Assembly (NCBI GenBank): GCA_964016885.1 | Contig: OZ024746.1 | Span: 46,810,001 to 46,874,000 of the forward strand | Reading direction: 5' to 3' | Length of the DNA stretch: 64,000 nt | Origin: Eledone cirrhosa | Taxonomy: Eukaryota | Shown here: piece after piece, positions 1 through 13,000 of the stretch | Position numbering within the stretch: position 1 is the first letter of the stretch | How the letters are laid out: the number at the start of each line of letters is the position of its first letter | The notes under the pieces: model-generated | Seen by the model: only the letters and a program-made list of their open reading frames with translations | What the model was told of the DNA's origin: nothing | The model's database searches: none | Made by a program: the position numbers and the translations under genes

Positions 1-272
1 AGAGATTTTCTTTTCAAATATATATATATAGAGAGAGAGATTTTTTTTTTTTTTCTTTGATAATGTTGGAATCCCAAATACAGAAAATAAAGATATCAAC
101 AGTCGATCGCTATAAATAATGGCTCAGAAAATCGGGTCAAGTTCAGCTAGAGACGGACAAACGTGGCAAGTAGCCGCTACGGAGAATCGAACTCAAATAT
201 CGTACGAGTGTAAGAGATATAAAGAGTACCATACTCCGTAGTAACTGCCGACACTCTTTTCTGTCTCTCAGG

Positions 273-407
273 ATATTTCAACCAATTTTCTAAGCTATTA
301 TTTATAGTGATATCCTGCGTTTGGGATTCTCACATTTTCAAATTTTACATTCACCCAGCGCTACAATAATTTATTATATATATATATGCGTGTGTGTGTA
401 TGTGTAT

Positions 408-443
<36 letters not shown>

Positions 444-570
444 ATACACATACACACACGCATATATATATATAATAAGTTATTGTAGCGCTGGGTGAAT
501 GTAAAATTTGAAAATGTGAGAATCCCAAACGCAGGATATCACTATAAATAATAGCTTAGAAAATTGGTTG

Positions 571-575
<5 letters not shown>
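273..575. repeat. Inverted repeat (foldback) centred on a (TA)n tract
   Basis: 273-420 (atttcaaccaattttctaagc...cagcgctacaataa...) is the near-perfect reverse complement of 421-575. A diverged third copy lies at about 60-140. Confidence 0.9.
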
Positions 576-613
<38 letters not shown>

Positions 614-919
614 TATATAAAAATATAAACTCCATTCCAGTTTGACGGCTGATGGGCGAAGATATGTTAATATGTGTTAATACCCTGTCGTATTTGTCCG
701 CGTCACCGCTTTTGTGCCGATATTTAGGCAACGTTCAATATTTGAAAGCACGTGTGAATAAGAGTACAGTGACGATTGAAAGTTTTGAAAATAGAATTAG
801 AAGCTTTCACCAAAGACATAACAGCGAAGTTGTTTTCTCCCATGGGTAGGACAATTAATATCCTTCAAAATAACAATAAAATATCAAGAGGAAGCAAAAG
901 AATACTATAACCACACACA

Positions 920-1290
920 GTTTAGCAAATGGGTCAGTTATGGAGATGGGTCCCATTGAAGTATTGGAGAGGTGTGGGGAACTAGTTCGTCTTTTCAAAA
1001 TAACAATAGAAACATTAGTTCCGGATTACAATTTTTTTTTTTATATTTGATACTCAGCTAATGAAATGCTATTCGAAGAAGGCTTTCTATTTACTGAGCG
1101 TTTGTCGCCCCTAGAATTGTTTCAATCAAGAAAAACGGGTTGGGTTAGAAATATTGAGAGTGTTCTGCTAAAAATAGATATTTATTTACCAGAAAATAAA
1201 CAAGTTACATTGATTTGGTTTTGTTTACCAGACTAAACAGATATTAGGGGAAACAGGAAAGCAGATGACTTAGTAAAAGAAGGAGCACAC
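920..1290 (+). pseudogene. Decayed RNase H domain of a non-LTR retrotransposon
   Basis: Manual translation gives FTERLSPLELF ... VTLIWFCLPD*TDIRGNRKADDLVKEGA, resembling the RNase H motifs FTDSLSAL and WIPGHxGIxGNExADxLAKEG. It contains an in-frame stop. Confidence 0.55.
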
Positions 1291-1651
1291 AATGAAATAA
1301 TAGATACATTCCTAATTTATAAAAATCAATTCATGCATCAAAAACATAATTTGTCAAGGTACTACTATGTGTTCAGTTGCAGAAGCTCTCTGTCTGAGAA
1401 AGAGAACATTTTATATGTTTTTTGGGGTTTTTTTAACAAAACATGCTCAGATAGGAAGTGCAAAATATTGTCAAGGTCTCCCATTCATTACCTGGTGACT
1501 ACGAAAAGCTTCAACAATAGAAACATTTAGTTGCTTTATAGCTGGCCATATTTTCAGTTTTCATATTTTTGTCTTTTTTGTCTTTTTCGCCTTTTGTTTT
1601 CTCCCTGTCCATCTCTTGTTTTTGTTTCCCATTTATATGGGGCTTTAAACA

Positions 1652-1692
<41 letters not shown>

Positions 1693-3997
1693 TAAAGTTA
1701 GTCCTTCATCAGTGATCTTCCAACCATCATTGGTATTTCATCGCTTTAAAGACCATATACCTCCGGTTGGTGCGAGAAACGGCTAAAAAAAGTCGTTGAG
1801 ACACGTAAATAAAGGGGACACAAGAGTGTAAACAAACAAAGATGGTGAAGCAACGAAAAGTGAGGAAGAAGTAGTCAAGTCCCAAATTTCCATGAATATA
1901 AGTTCGGTGAAATCGTGAACGAGAGAGAATAAAGACCATCAAACCTGGTTGGAATGTGAGCAAGGAAGGAATTCCGTACAGGTCTAACGGGAGGAAGAAG
2001 GGATCTAGTCTGTGAATTCGGTGAACGTAAGTTCTGTGAAATCGTAGACGAGAATACACATATTATATATTATTTATATATATATACATATATATAAATA
2101 AATATATGTGTGTGTGTGTGTGCCCTGTTTTACCAGAAGGATTGAAGTCAACATCTACCTGCGTCTTATTAACTAAATAGCAATAGTTTCTTATTTAAAC
2201 AAAAGGTCAACAATTTTGAGAGGAGGTATAAGTTGATTATACCGACCACACTGCTTGACAAATATTAGTTATTAACGACTCCGAAAAGATGAAAGGCTAG
2301 GCCGATTTAAACTGTAGTTATTCAAATAGGCCATAAGAAAATAAAAGCCCCTAAATGTTGACACGTCCCTATTGAGTTTTGGCTTCATCGTCTTTTCAAC
2401 ATATTCTGCAGTCTCATATATACGGCAATTTACTGTATATTTATTAAGAAGCATACACTTAACAATATATTATGCATCTCTCTTCATAACTGCCATGCTT
2501 TTATTTACAGCTGATATATTATTTTCTCCAATTGTATATAGAACTCTTTTCTTTGTTATGTTAAAGATTATATTATTTCCCCTTTAAATATGCGATGGTG
2601 ACGTAAGAAATGACATTATGGTTAGGGGTTCTTCAAACATTGAAAGCAATGTCCTAAGGAACTGAAAATATCTGTTTTACTTATCTGAATGCATTCTCTT
2701 GGGGAAGACTTGCGTCAACGAAGGCCTCATTGTAACATTTTCAAATTCCTTTTCCTATAGTAATCACAGATGTATTGTCATATCAGCGATTGAAGAAATA
2801 AAACCAAATTTAGAATATTTCTGTGAATACTGCTGACAATTCTCGGTATTTTGTTGGCTTTCTGCTGAGGCTAGATTTGACTTTCATCTTTCTGAAGCTC
2901 GATAAAATGACAATATTTGTTCAGTCTTTGCGATTTGAGAACAAATAATGCTGTGGACTATTTGGTTGGTAAATTTAAACCATTACCCTGTGTAACCGCC
3001 CCAGCTAGAATTGGATGCACTTAGTTTGAATAATGTGTTGCAAGCAATTGTATCATGTTTCCAATTTGTGGATAATTAAAGGTCCTTCCCCAACTTTCGA
3101 AGGTTCTGAAAAGCATCATGGTTACTTCTCTTCACTACCGATAAAATGGTAAAAGAAAAAAAAATTCAAGTTAAATACGAAATATGTCTTCAATAATATT
3201 TCCACATTCACTTAATTGTAAACTATGAATTGGCTAAAATATGGATAACAGTTACACAAAGTCATACAGTTTCTATGCTTCTGGGAAAAGAAATTAAGAA
3301 TATCTTAAAGTATCTGACGTTAGGCTTTTATCAGGTAAAGCAAAGTTAAGAAGGAGAGGAACTTGGAAGAGAAAGAAATGATGGATGCGTTTATGTGTGT
3401 ACGAATGTATTTTTTAATAGAATGTCTGAAAAATAGATGAGGGTGTTTACTGCTAGAACACTTTGCTTTTGATCATATATGTCCTCGATTAGAGCTGACA
3501 TGGACATAAATATCTATACCCTGATCTAAAATATGAAATTATCATTATTATTGTGTTTTGTTTTATAGTACATACACACCATAAAAACCATCTCGTGATG
3601 TTAAGCTACGCTTCTTTACGTCCAGAATTCCAGGCCTATCTGAATTCAGTATGGCGTTTTATTTCTCCGGTGTCTATAAAATACAAATCATGTCAAGAGC
3701 TGGAATGGATTTCTTGACTATACTGTCACCCCAAATTCGTTGTCTTGTGCGTCTGACAGAAATCACTGTTATTATTGTTGTTTTCTTTTAATTTTGTTGT
3801 TGTCGTTTAACCCATTTCAGCCGTGGTCGTAAGTATCCATGATTTATTTCCTTCGAAATAAGTTTATCTTATGTTTGGTTTCAACTATACAATACAAAAC
3901 TATATTTTCTAATATGCCTTTCTTCTATTTAAAGGAACGATAAGTTGAAATTAGCCAAAAACCTGGTTTGTGGATACATTTGTTGCACTTTAATAAC

Positions 3998-4175
3998 GAT
4001 AATTGTTTCTACTTTTGGCACAAGGCCAGTAATTACCCAGTGCATTACTGGTACTTTATTTTATCGACCCCGTAAGGCAAAGTTAACCTCGGCGGGATTT
4101 GAACTCAGAATAGCAAGGGCCGTAACTATGCGTCAAAGCATGGCGTCCGACTCTCTACCGATACTGCCAATCCCT
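3998..4175 (-). mobile_element. tRNA-derived SINE
   Basis: The minus strand carries an A-box-like TGGCAGTATCGG, a B-box GAGTTCAAATCC and the tail GTAGAAACAATT. Same family as the copies at 14237, 22827, 30181, 40987 and 53973. Confidence 0.85.
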
Positions 4176-4949
4176 CCTTTAATAACGATAATATCTATTA
4201 ATTCGTCTCTAGTTATTCATCTTGCTGCAATATTGTGACAGAAAAAATTGACATTTTTATTCTCCTTATAACAAGACAAGGGCGTTACGAGAATGAAAGA
4301 TATCAACCGTATCATTTGACTAATCAATCATTTGACTTATATAAAGATCACACACGCGTATATGCATACATTAACATACATACAATCATCTCTCTCTATA
4401 TATATATATACAGAGAGAGAGATAGATAGATAGAGAGAGAGAGAGACAGAGGAAAGAGACAGACAGAGACAGATCCATCGCTTGTAAGATATGAAAAGTA
4501 TTGTCACGCAAAACTATGGAATATATGACTCAGAAATGCAGAAATACACATTTATTTGTTCATATATGTTTCCATATATATTGATAAATATATTCATACT
4601 AAGAAACTAATAGAAAGGGGGGAGTTTCTCCTCTGAAGACCTTCTGCTGTCCAGCTCTCCTGAGAGTTTCTTACACTTTACACATATAAAATCGTATATC
4701 TAGCGATATTTCGAAAAGCAGCCGGGCCCCGTCATCTTGAACCCTAAGCTGATCAATATCGAAACAATTGTAATATGCCAATAAAGTTTGTACATATGGT
4801 GCAACACTAACTTCGATTCTTCTTAATCAATTTACACTCTGCGCAATAAGGCCGCCTTAACTCTGGGATACAACCCAAACGAGACGAACTTCGTAACAGC
4901 ATTGAGTGCTTCAAACGGATCGCCACCTGTAACTGTAGCTACACACCTA

Positions 4950-5300
<351 letters not shown>

Positions 5301-5431
5301 ATACAGATACACACACAGACACACACACATATATATATATATAACAAAGGAATTGTGGTAAGGAACCAGATGGACCATAACGCACTAGAGTACTCAATAC
5401 TTAGGGTAGTTGAGTGGGAAATAGGAAAAAG

Positions 5432-5613
5432 GTATGACCCCGACGGCAGAGCTCAAGCCGTTTCGACGGCTATTTCTGGACTAAATTATAATTTTTAGAC
5501 TGGTTAGGGAATGAATGGCATTTTTAGAATGGTTAGGGAATAAAAGGCTAAAAATTCTAATTTAGTCCAGAAATAGCCGTCGAAACGGTTTGAGCTCTGC
5601 CGTCGGGGTCATA
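5432..5613. repeat. Inverted repeat whose arms carry a hammerhead-like 3' half
   Basis: 5432-5498 is the near-perfect reverse complement of 5547-5613. The right arm reads CAGA-aatagccgtc-GAAAC-GG..CC-GTC-GGGG. Confidence 0.8.
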
Positions 5614-6230
5614 GTTTTTCATATATATATATATATATATATATACGTATGCGAGTGTGAAAGTATTAAGTATGAATGTATGTACGTATTTATGAATGTA
5701 TCTCTGCTTGTAGATATGCGTGTTTATCCTGCTTTTAGTCACGTGTAACTGCATTGTCTTTTTCCTTCAGGTTTTCTTCTTTTTTCTTTCGATCTAGTCC
5801 TCTCTATCTATTTTCCCTGCCCCTCTCCCTCACCTCGCTCTCCTTGTTTAGACAGTTTCACCAATTAGATTTAGGGAATCCATAGAAAATGTCAGGATTA
5901 CAATTGTTACAGGGATAACTACAATGAAAAGAATATCAATAACGATATCAACAACTGGAAAAGTTGCAATGTGATTGACAGCAACAGCGACAACAGTAGT
6001 GCAGGTAATCAAGGTGGGTTAACATTGGGTTATAATGACACTAACGTACAAATGAAAGGGTTGAGAATGATTTCTTTTACACAACCCCAGGGTGAAAAAT
6101 ATACAGTGGTGTGTGTTGGAGACACACACACACAAATTGAAACACAAATAATTGTTTCTACTATTAATTAGCACAAGGCCAGCAATTTAAAGTAAAGGTG
6201 AAAGTTTATTAAATCGACCCCAGTGCGTCA

Positions 6231-6308
<78 letters not shown>

Positions 6309-6337
6309 CGAATCAAAGCTATGTTCAAAGCTTCATT

Positions 6338-7432
6338 CACTTACAATTGTTTCATTCAAACCTAGGCTTGGAATCTTCGGACCATTTTTCATGATGTTAT
6401 TACATTGAGCTATTTATCTTACTGGTACTAAGGTAGTAATAAATTACTGACCTTCACTGTTTAGGGTTTAAAATATACATAACTATAAAAAGTTTTAGTA
6501 TATACATAACCATAAATAGTATCCTTAATATTATATATATATATATATGTATGTATGTATATATGTATGTATATATGTATATATATATAAATATGTATAT
6601 ATATATATATATATAATGTATAATAAACAATACAATATAATTACCTCATTACCAGAGGTTTCCCGAATAAGACGAATACAAGAAACGTCCTCATTCGTTC
6701 GTCAAACAAGGCAATTTAAAACATATACTGATATGCTTGCCCTCATGTATGTACTTACGCACACATTTTTTCACTATACACATACATTTGTACATACACA
6801 CATATGTACATTTGTAGGTGTATATACAAACATTTATACACATACCTTTACTATATTTCCTCATTTTATTTTTATATATCTCTTGCATTACTTTTATTTA
6901 TATATTTTTTTTGCCCGTTAAACTTTTGCCTTTCTTGAGGAGATTTTTCAAATATTTCACTATGTTTAAAATTGCCTTTTCTGACGAACGAATGAGGACG
7001 TTTCTTGCATTCGGGATACCTCTGCTAATGAGGTAATTATATTGTATTGTTTATTATACATTAAATTTAGCTCTGTAAATTACATAGAGCACTCTTCACT
7101 CCTATGACTTTTCAATTTTCAACGGAAACTTCAATACTTATATATATATGTACATATATATATATGTATATAGTATTAAGGATACTATTTATGGTTATGT
7201 ATATAATAAAACCTTTTATGGTTATACGTGTATATATTTAAACTCTAAATAGTGAAAGACAGTAATTCATTACTATCTTATTACCAGTAAGATAAATAGC
7301 TCAATGTAATAACATCAGTTGTTTTACAGAGCAGTTATATAGTGTTGATAAGGAGGTCAAGTATGTGAAAAATCACTAAATAGTTGCTCCGAAGAAACCA
7401 AACCTCGGTGTGGAGGAAACAATTGTAAGCAA
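6338..7432. repeat. Nested inverted repeats of two PLE pLTR-like families
   Basis: The outer arms are about 6392-6530 and 7172-7317. The inner arms are about 6615-6730 and 6958-7062. The inner arms contain hammerhead-like motifs, and related motifs lie just outside the outer arms (6338-6380, 7384-7432). Confidence 0.8.
7384..7432 (+). ncRNA. Type I hammerhead ribozyme, U4C core variant
   Basis: TTGCT-CCGAAGA-(stem II)-GAAAC-AATT-GTA-AGCAA. Stem I TTGCT/AGCAA is perfect, stem III is palindromic, and AATAAA follows. Confidence 0.7.
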
Positions 7433-7472
7433 ATAAATGATTTAAACTGAACTTTGATTCATGTAATTTCTA

Positions 7473-7503
<31 letters not shown>

Positions 7504-7570
7504 GTACATATATATATATGTATATATGTATATATGTACATATATATATGTATATATATATATATATATG

Positions 7571-7613
<43 letters not shown>

Positions 7614-7634
7614 ATATGTATGTATATATATATA

Positions 7635-7665
<31 letters not shown>

Positions 7666-7926
7666 GTACATATATATACATGTACATATATAAATATCTC
7701 TCTCTCTCTATATATATATATATATAAATATAAATATATATATGTACATATATATACATGTACATATATAAATATATATATGTACATATATATACATGTA
7801 CATATATAAATATCTATCTGTCTCTCTCTCTATATATATATATAAATATATATATATCTATGTACATATATATACATATACATATATAAATATCTATCTA
7901 CATATATATACATATAGATATATAAA

Positions 7927-7983
<57 letters not shown>

Positions 7984-8198
7984 CTGGGATGGACACACGC
8001 GTATAACTTGCTGAGTAAGTTCTGTTTAAATTTCTATAGAAATTCTTGTCTGATAACTTTAATTTTTGTACCATTTTGTAGAGGGACTGCCAGGTCAAAC
8101 TTTGATCTGGTCAGTCTCTCAAAATATTCTACGCCTTTAGGCGAAATAGTTAAACAAAAAAAAAGTTTTTTCTTGTTGAAAAGTCAATATTTTTTTAA

Positions 8199-9977
8199 AT
8201 GGCCGAAGCTTCTTCACCAAAATTCGAAGGAGGAAAGGGGAAGATGAACTTACAGCTTCCCCCTGCCACTGTCACAGTAGCAGAGGTCAAGAAGAAAGGT
8301 CAGCCAGAGGAAGAATTCTCTCCACCTGTTAACCGACAACTTGACGTTGCCATGGCAACAACTCAAAGAACCAGCGGCAACAGCAACAACAACAATGCGA
8401 CGGACGAAAACAACACCAATAACAATAACAACAACAAGACCAATAACGGTGACAACAACAACAATGATAACAACAACACCACCAACGACAACAACAACAC
8501 AAACAAACAAAATTTCTCCTTCGCCGAGACGACAAGGAAAACCCTCGACTATCTGCCAGTAGATATAACAAAAGCGAAGGAGCTACTGGCGGATGCGAAA
8601 AAATATATAGTGTACGGGGAAAATGGTTCATTCACAATCCATTCCCCCCCGGAACTAAAAAGCCAGAGACTCCTAAACACGGTCATGTTTAGGACAATCT
8701 CGAACAAAAGTAAAAAACCAGCTCAACCATCACAGAGCGAGATAGAGCTGGTTTTAAAAGACGTCATGAAGGACATCACCTTCATTCAGAAGGATAGACT
8801 CTACGGGAGTCTATCCATTCTCATGAAGGACAGGGACACAGCAGTGAAACTGTCCATCAAACCAATCACATCCACCGCATACACCTTCTACCCTACGTAC
8901 ATGGGTAGAAGAACACAAAAAATAAAAATCCACACCATCCTGCCGATTATGGACATATGGTGGGTTTTGACAGGTTTTCTGGACCTGGAGGATGACATGC
9001 TGGTGTCCATGGGAAAGGCATCGGGTGACGCGTTCAGTGGAACGAGCCTCGAACTTGTAGTTCAAATGAGGCCCGAAAGGATCGCCCAGATCCCTGAACG
9101 CGTCATACTGGATGATCTAACCTTCATCAACATTACCGTTGAGGGTAGACGGCCCTCGTGTTACCTCTGCGGAACCAGAGGTCACCTGAGGGCTGTCTGT
9201 CCCCAACTTAATAAGAAAACCCCAATCCTGCCTACACCACCAACAGCTGCACAACCAACACAATCACCACAACTACCACTACAAAAACAACCACCACAGC
9301 TCAAACCAAAACAAAACAATGTCCAACCCATCCCCTCCACTCAAAAAACAAAAACAATTTCCAAAACACCCGTACCGCAAACACAACCCGAAAATATACC
9401 CCTCCCCTCCAACGCGGAAGATGACCCTAGTTCGTCGTCAGACGAGGAGGAGCACTTCCACACAATCAAAAGAAAAAAAAGAAAACACACCTCAGACACA
9501 CAAATGAAAAAAAACCCTCCCCAAAACATAACACTGACACCAACACAAAAGAGCTCACAACAGCAAACAAAAAACACCACACAAAAACAAAAACATGCAT
9601 ACACATACATAAATACAAGAAACAAAAAACTGTTAAACATTGTGTACAACAACAATCTAATAAAAACACAAGGGCCTAACTTCACCCAGGCAGGGGATTT
9701 CCCCCACCTCAAAATGATTAAGGCCCCACAGGACACCTATAAAACTTTAAAAAACAATTTTAAAGAGGACGTGGGTCCCCCCTGCGTCGGGCCCATTAAC
9801 CGCGTCCTCCTAAAAAACTATCCCACCCCCTCCCCAAACACCCTCACAACTCCAAGCTCCCCAACCACACAACACACTGATGCCCCCACACTTCCACAAA
9901 CCACCACCCCACCCAACAACCCATCCCCCACCCTAATGGAAATTGTGCAGCCCGATACCCGGGACGCAGAGAGGTAA
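8199..9977 (+). CDS. Tx1-like ORF1 (gag-like, zinc knuckle)
   Basis: 592 aa with a CCHC knuckle CYLCGTRGHLRAVC, an Asn-rich N-terminal tract and a Pro/Thr/Gln-rich tail. Confidence 0.88.
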   Translation: MAEASSPKFEGGKGKMNLQLPPATVTVAEVKKKGQPEEEFSPPVNRQLDVAMATTQRTSGNSNNNNATDENNTNNNNNNKTNNGDNNNNDNNNTTNDNNNTNKQNFSFAETTRKTLDYLPVDITKAKELLADAKKYIVYGENGSFTIHSPPELKSQRLLNTVMFRTISNKSKKPAQPSQSEIELVLKDVMKDITFIQKDRLYGSLSILMKDRDTAVKLSIKPITSTAYTFYPTYMGRRTQKIKIHTILPIMDIWWVLTGFLDLEDDMLVSMGKASGDAFSGTSLELVVQMRPERIAQIPERVILDDLTFINITVEGRRPSCYLCGTRGHLRAVCPQLNKKTPILPTPPTAAQPTQSPQLPLQKQPPQLKPKQNNVQPIPSTQKTKTISKTPVPQTQPENIPLPSNAEDDPSSSSDEEEHFHTIKRKKRKHTSDTQMKKNPPQNITLTPTQKSSQQQTKNTTQKQKHAYTYINTRNKKLLNIVYNNNLIKTQGPNFTQAGDFPHLKMIKAPQDTYKTLKNNFKEDVGPPCVGPINRVLLKNYPTPSPNTLTTPSSPTTQHTDAPTLPQTTTPPNNPSPTLMEIVQPDTRDAER

Positions 9978-10001
9978 GTGCCTTTTCTCTTCACCACCAA
10001 C

Positions 10002-13000
10002 ATGGCTATGCTAAGAGTAGGCTGTTTAAATGCGCGTGGCCTGGGCTCAACTTGGAAGCAAGCAATGCTTCTAAATGACCTCAGGTCACAACGTATAGAT
10101 GTGATGGTTATTTGCGAGGCCCGGATCAGCAACGTGCGACAGCTGGCCCCCACCTTTGATGACTTTGAGATGCACGCATCTCTCTGTCAGCCTGGAGGTG
10201 GGGGTGGAGTTGTCGTTCTGCTGCAAAAACATCTGGGTCTCGCAACACAGATGGTACATTTGGACCCGGAGGGTCGACTAGTGGTTCTGGACCTTGGCAG
10301 TGGTAAAGGCGGAGCGTTTAGGTTGGTAGCCGCCTACGGCCCTTTCGGGTCAATGCGGCCGGACTTCTTCCATCGTCTGGAGACTTTTCTAGGGACGTCC
10401 CGCTCCTTGCTATTAGTGGGGGACTGGAATGGTATCCTAGATGCACGCTGGGACTACGTAGGGGCCTGCCCCGATAGAGAGGGGTGTAATAGCCTCAAAG
10501 GGTTAATCGGTCGATTTGACCTGGCCGATAGATATCGACTAGATTTTCCGACTGCGCCAACCTGGACTTGGGCAAATCGTAGCGGATCATCTAGGTCGTA
10601 CCTAGATAGGTTCTTAGTTAGAATTAAGGATAAGGACTTTTTAAGTTGTCCAAAAATGCGCATTGTTGGCTATTCAGACCACAAATTAGTGACCTGCATG
10701 GTCAACCTTGACAGAACTCATAGACAGGGCCCCGGTTACTGGAAGCTCAACTTGTCCTTGCCGGCAAGTAGAGCCTACAGGAATCGGATTAGTACGTTAG
10801 TTAAGGAACGGTTGACTGGAGCGATCGTCAACAGCAGGTGGTGGGTATCTCTAAAGAGAGAGATTAGAGTAGTCTCGATAGAATTTAGTAAGGTTCTAGC
10901 TGCGGATGGGAATAGGAAGGAAAGGGAGCTAATAGATAGAGTAGAAGAGGCAATTAGAAGCGGCGACGTGGCCAGAGTGCTAGCGTCGAGAACGGCTTTG
11001 AGCCAGTTTTTCGACGCGAAGCACGAAGGCTGCGTTGTCCGAAGTAAAATACGTGCTCTAGGGAACGAGGGGACCAAAGCTGTTAGCTGGGCCCGCGTGA
11101 CAGAGGCCAACAGTGGAACTAAATCCACCATCCGGTCTTTGCGAGACCTGGATGGACGGGCGATTCTTGAGCCTAAGCAGATGTGTGAGGCCTTTCAAAG
11201 GCACTTTGCCCGACTGTTCGGGAGGGGCGGGGAGCCGGTTGGGAACGTGGACTTCGGTCCATACCTCGACGGCCTGCCGCGCCTCTCGGACAGGGAGGCG
11301 AAGTCCTGCGAGGAGCCGATTTCGGCCGCTGAGATAGAGGACGTGCTGAGCCAATGCGGCAAACGCAAATCCCCGGGTCTCGATGGTCTTCCTTACGAAT
11401 TATATCTAGCTATGCCGGACTTGTTCCCCGATCTCCTCGAGGCGGTCTACTGCAACTGGCAACAGAACGGGAGAATTCCCTGTACTGTGACCAAGGGCGT
11501 AGTCACGCTAGTGAGGAAGGACGAGAACAAGGGGGACGAAATAAGTAACTTCAGGCCCATAACACTGCTAAATACAGAGTTACAGATTTTGGCCAAGGTG
11601 CTAGCAAAGAGGTTGGCGCTTGTCGTGGGCAACCTGGTGGGAGATGCGCAGACATGCGCTATCCCGTCCAGGTCCATCCATGACAACCTCCACCTCATGC
11701 GATACATCATAGAGAGGGTTGGGAACGAACCCGGCTTTGGTGGGGCTCTGATCAACTTGGATCAATCTAAGGCGTTCGATAGGGTCGACCATGGTTACCT
11801 GGATGCGGTGCTAGCGGCGGCAGGCTTCGGACCCGTTTTCAGGGGCTGGATCACTGCTATGCACAGCAGCCGCATCTGCTCTAGGGTCAAGGTGAACGGC
11901 TACCTCTCGGAGCCGTTCAAAATCGCGCGGTCCATCCGACAAGGGTGCCCTCTCTCCTCCCTTCTGTATGTATTGACTCTCGAGCCACTACTGCGGAAGT
12001 TGGAGTTGTTGCAGGGCATCCCTTTGGAACCGGGATTGCGGAAAGCGGTGTCGGCCTACGCCGATGACGTGACAGTAATGGTGTCGACGGCCTCCGAAAT
12101 CGAGGCGGTCGGCACCTTACTGGAGGAGTACGAAAAGTTCACAGGGGCTAAGCTGAACCGGGACAAGTCGATCGGTTTGCAACTCGGCACGTGGAGGGGC
12201 AGACCGATGCCCTCCGATGGCGTCGTCGGACGCTGGACGGAAGGACCGGTAAAGCTGCTCGGGGTCTGGTTTGGTCCGGACCTCCAGGTGGAGAAGAACT
12301 GGAACGAAGTGACGGCCAAGGTGTTTGCACTCACCCAGAAGTGGGCCGAGTGCAAACTATCCTTGAAAGGTCGAGCGGAGGTGGCGAACACTTTTATAGC
12401 GTCCGCCATCTACTACCGCTTGACCGTCGTGCCTTGTCCAGCCAAAACGCTCGCCAAAATGGAGCGCGCCCTCTTCCGATTCCTTTGGAAGAGGCGGGCT
12501 CCTTTGGTAAGAAGATCCATCTGCTGCCAACACCCTTCTAACGGAGGGCTGGGGATGCCGTGGTTGACGATGCGCAAACACGCGCTCAGGCTGCGGCATC
12601 TCTACGTATTCCTCACCGGACAACCGGTGTGGGCCCCGTTCGTGAGGCGAGCCTTCCCACGACTCGTCTCGCTGACCGAGCTGCAGTCCTGGGTCAAGCA
12701 GAGACCGAGGAAAATGGGCGACTGGCACATCGAATGTGCTCAGGCGCTCACAGCCCTCTGGCAGGCGGACCCGGCGATCAGTGGAGACTCCACTTCGTCA
12801 TTCTATAGAGGGTTGGTCCGCAGCAAGTGCGACGACGCGCTCGGTGAAACTCTAGGCGTGGAGGAAGATGAACTGGCCAGTCTGTTCGGTAGGACCTTCC
12901 GCCCGGGACCGATGGACAACTTCCAAAAGTCCCTGGCCTGGCAGTGCTACCGAGGAGCTCTACCAGTTCGAGACAAGCTCTACAGACATGGGCGCCCGGG

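Noticed and set aside
213-280. Minus-strand CTGAGAG-ACA-GAAA-AGAGT..ACTCT hammerhead-like motif
   Set aside because: The core is non-canonical, stem II is absent and stem I is mismatched. It may be a short-core variant but is too weak to call.
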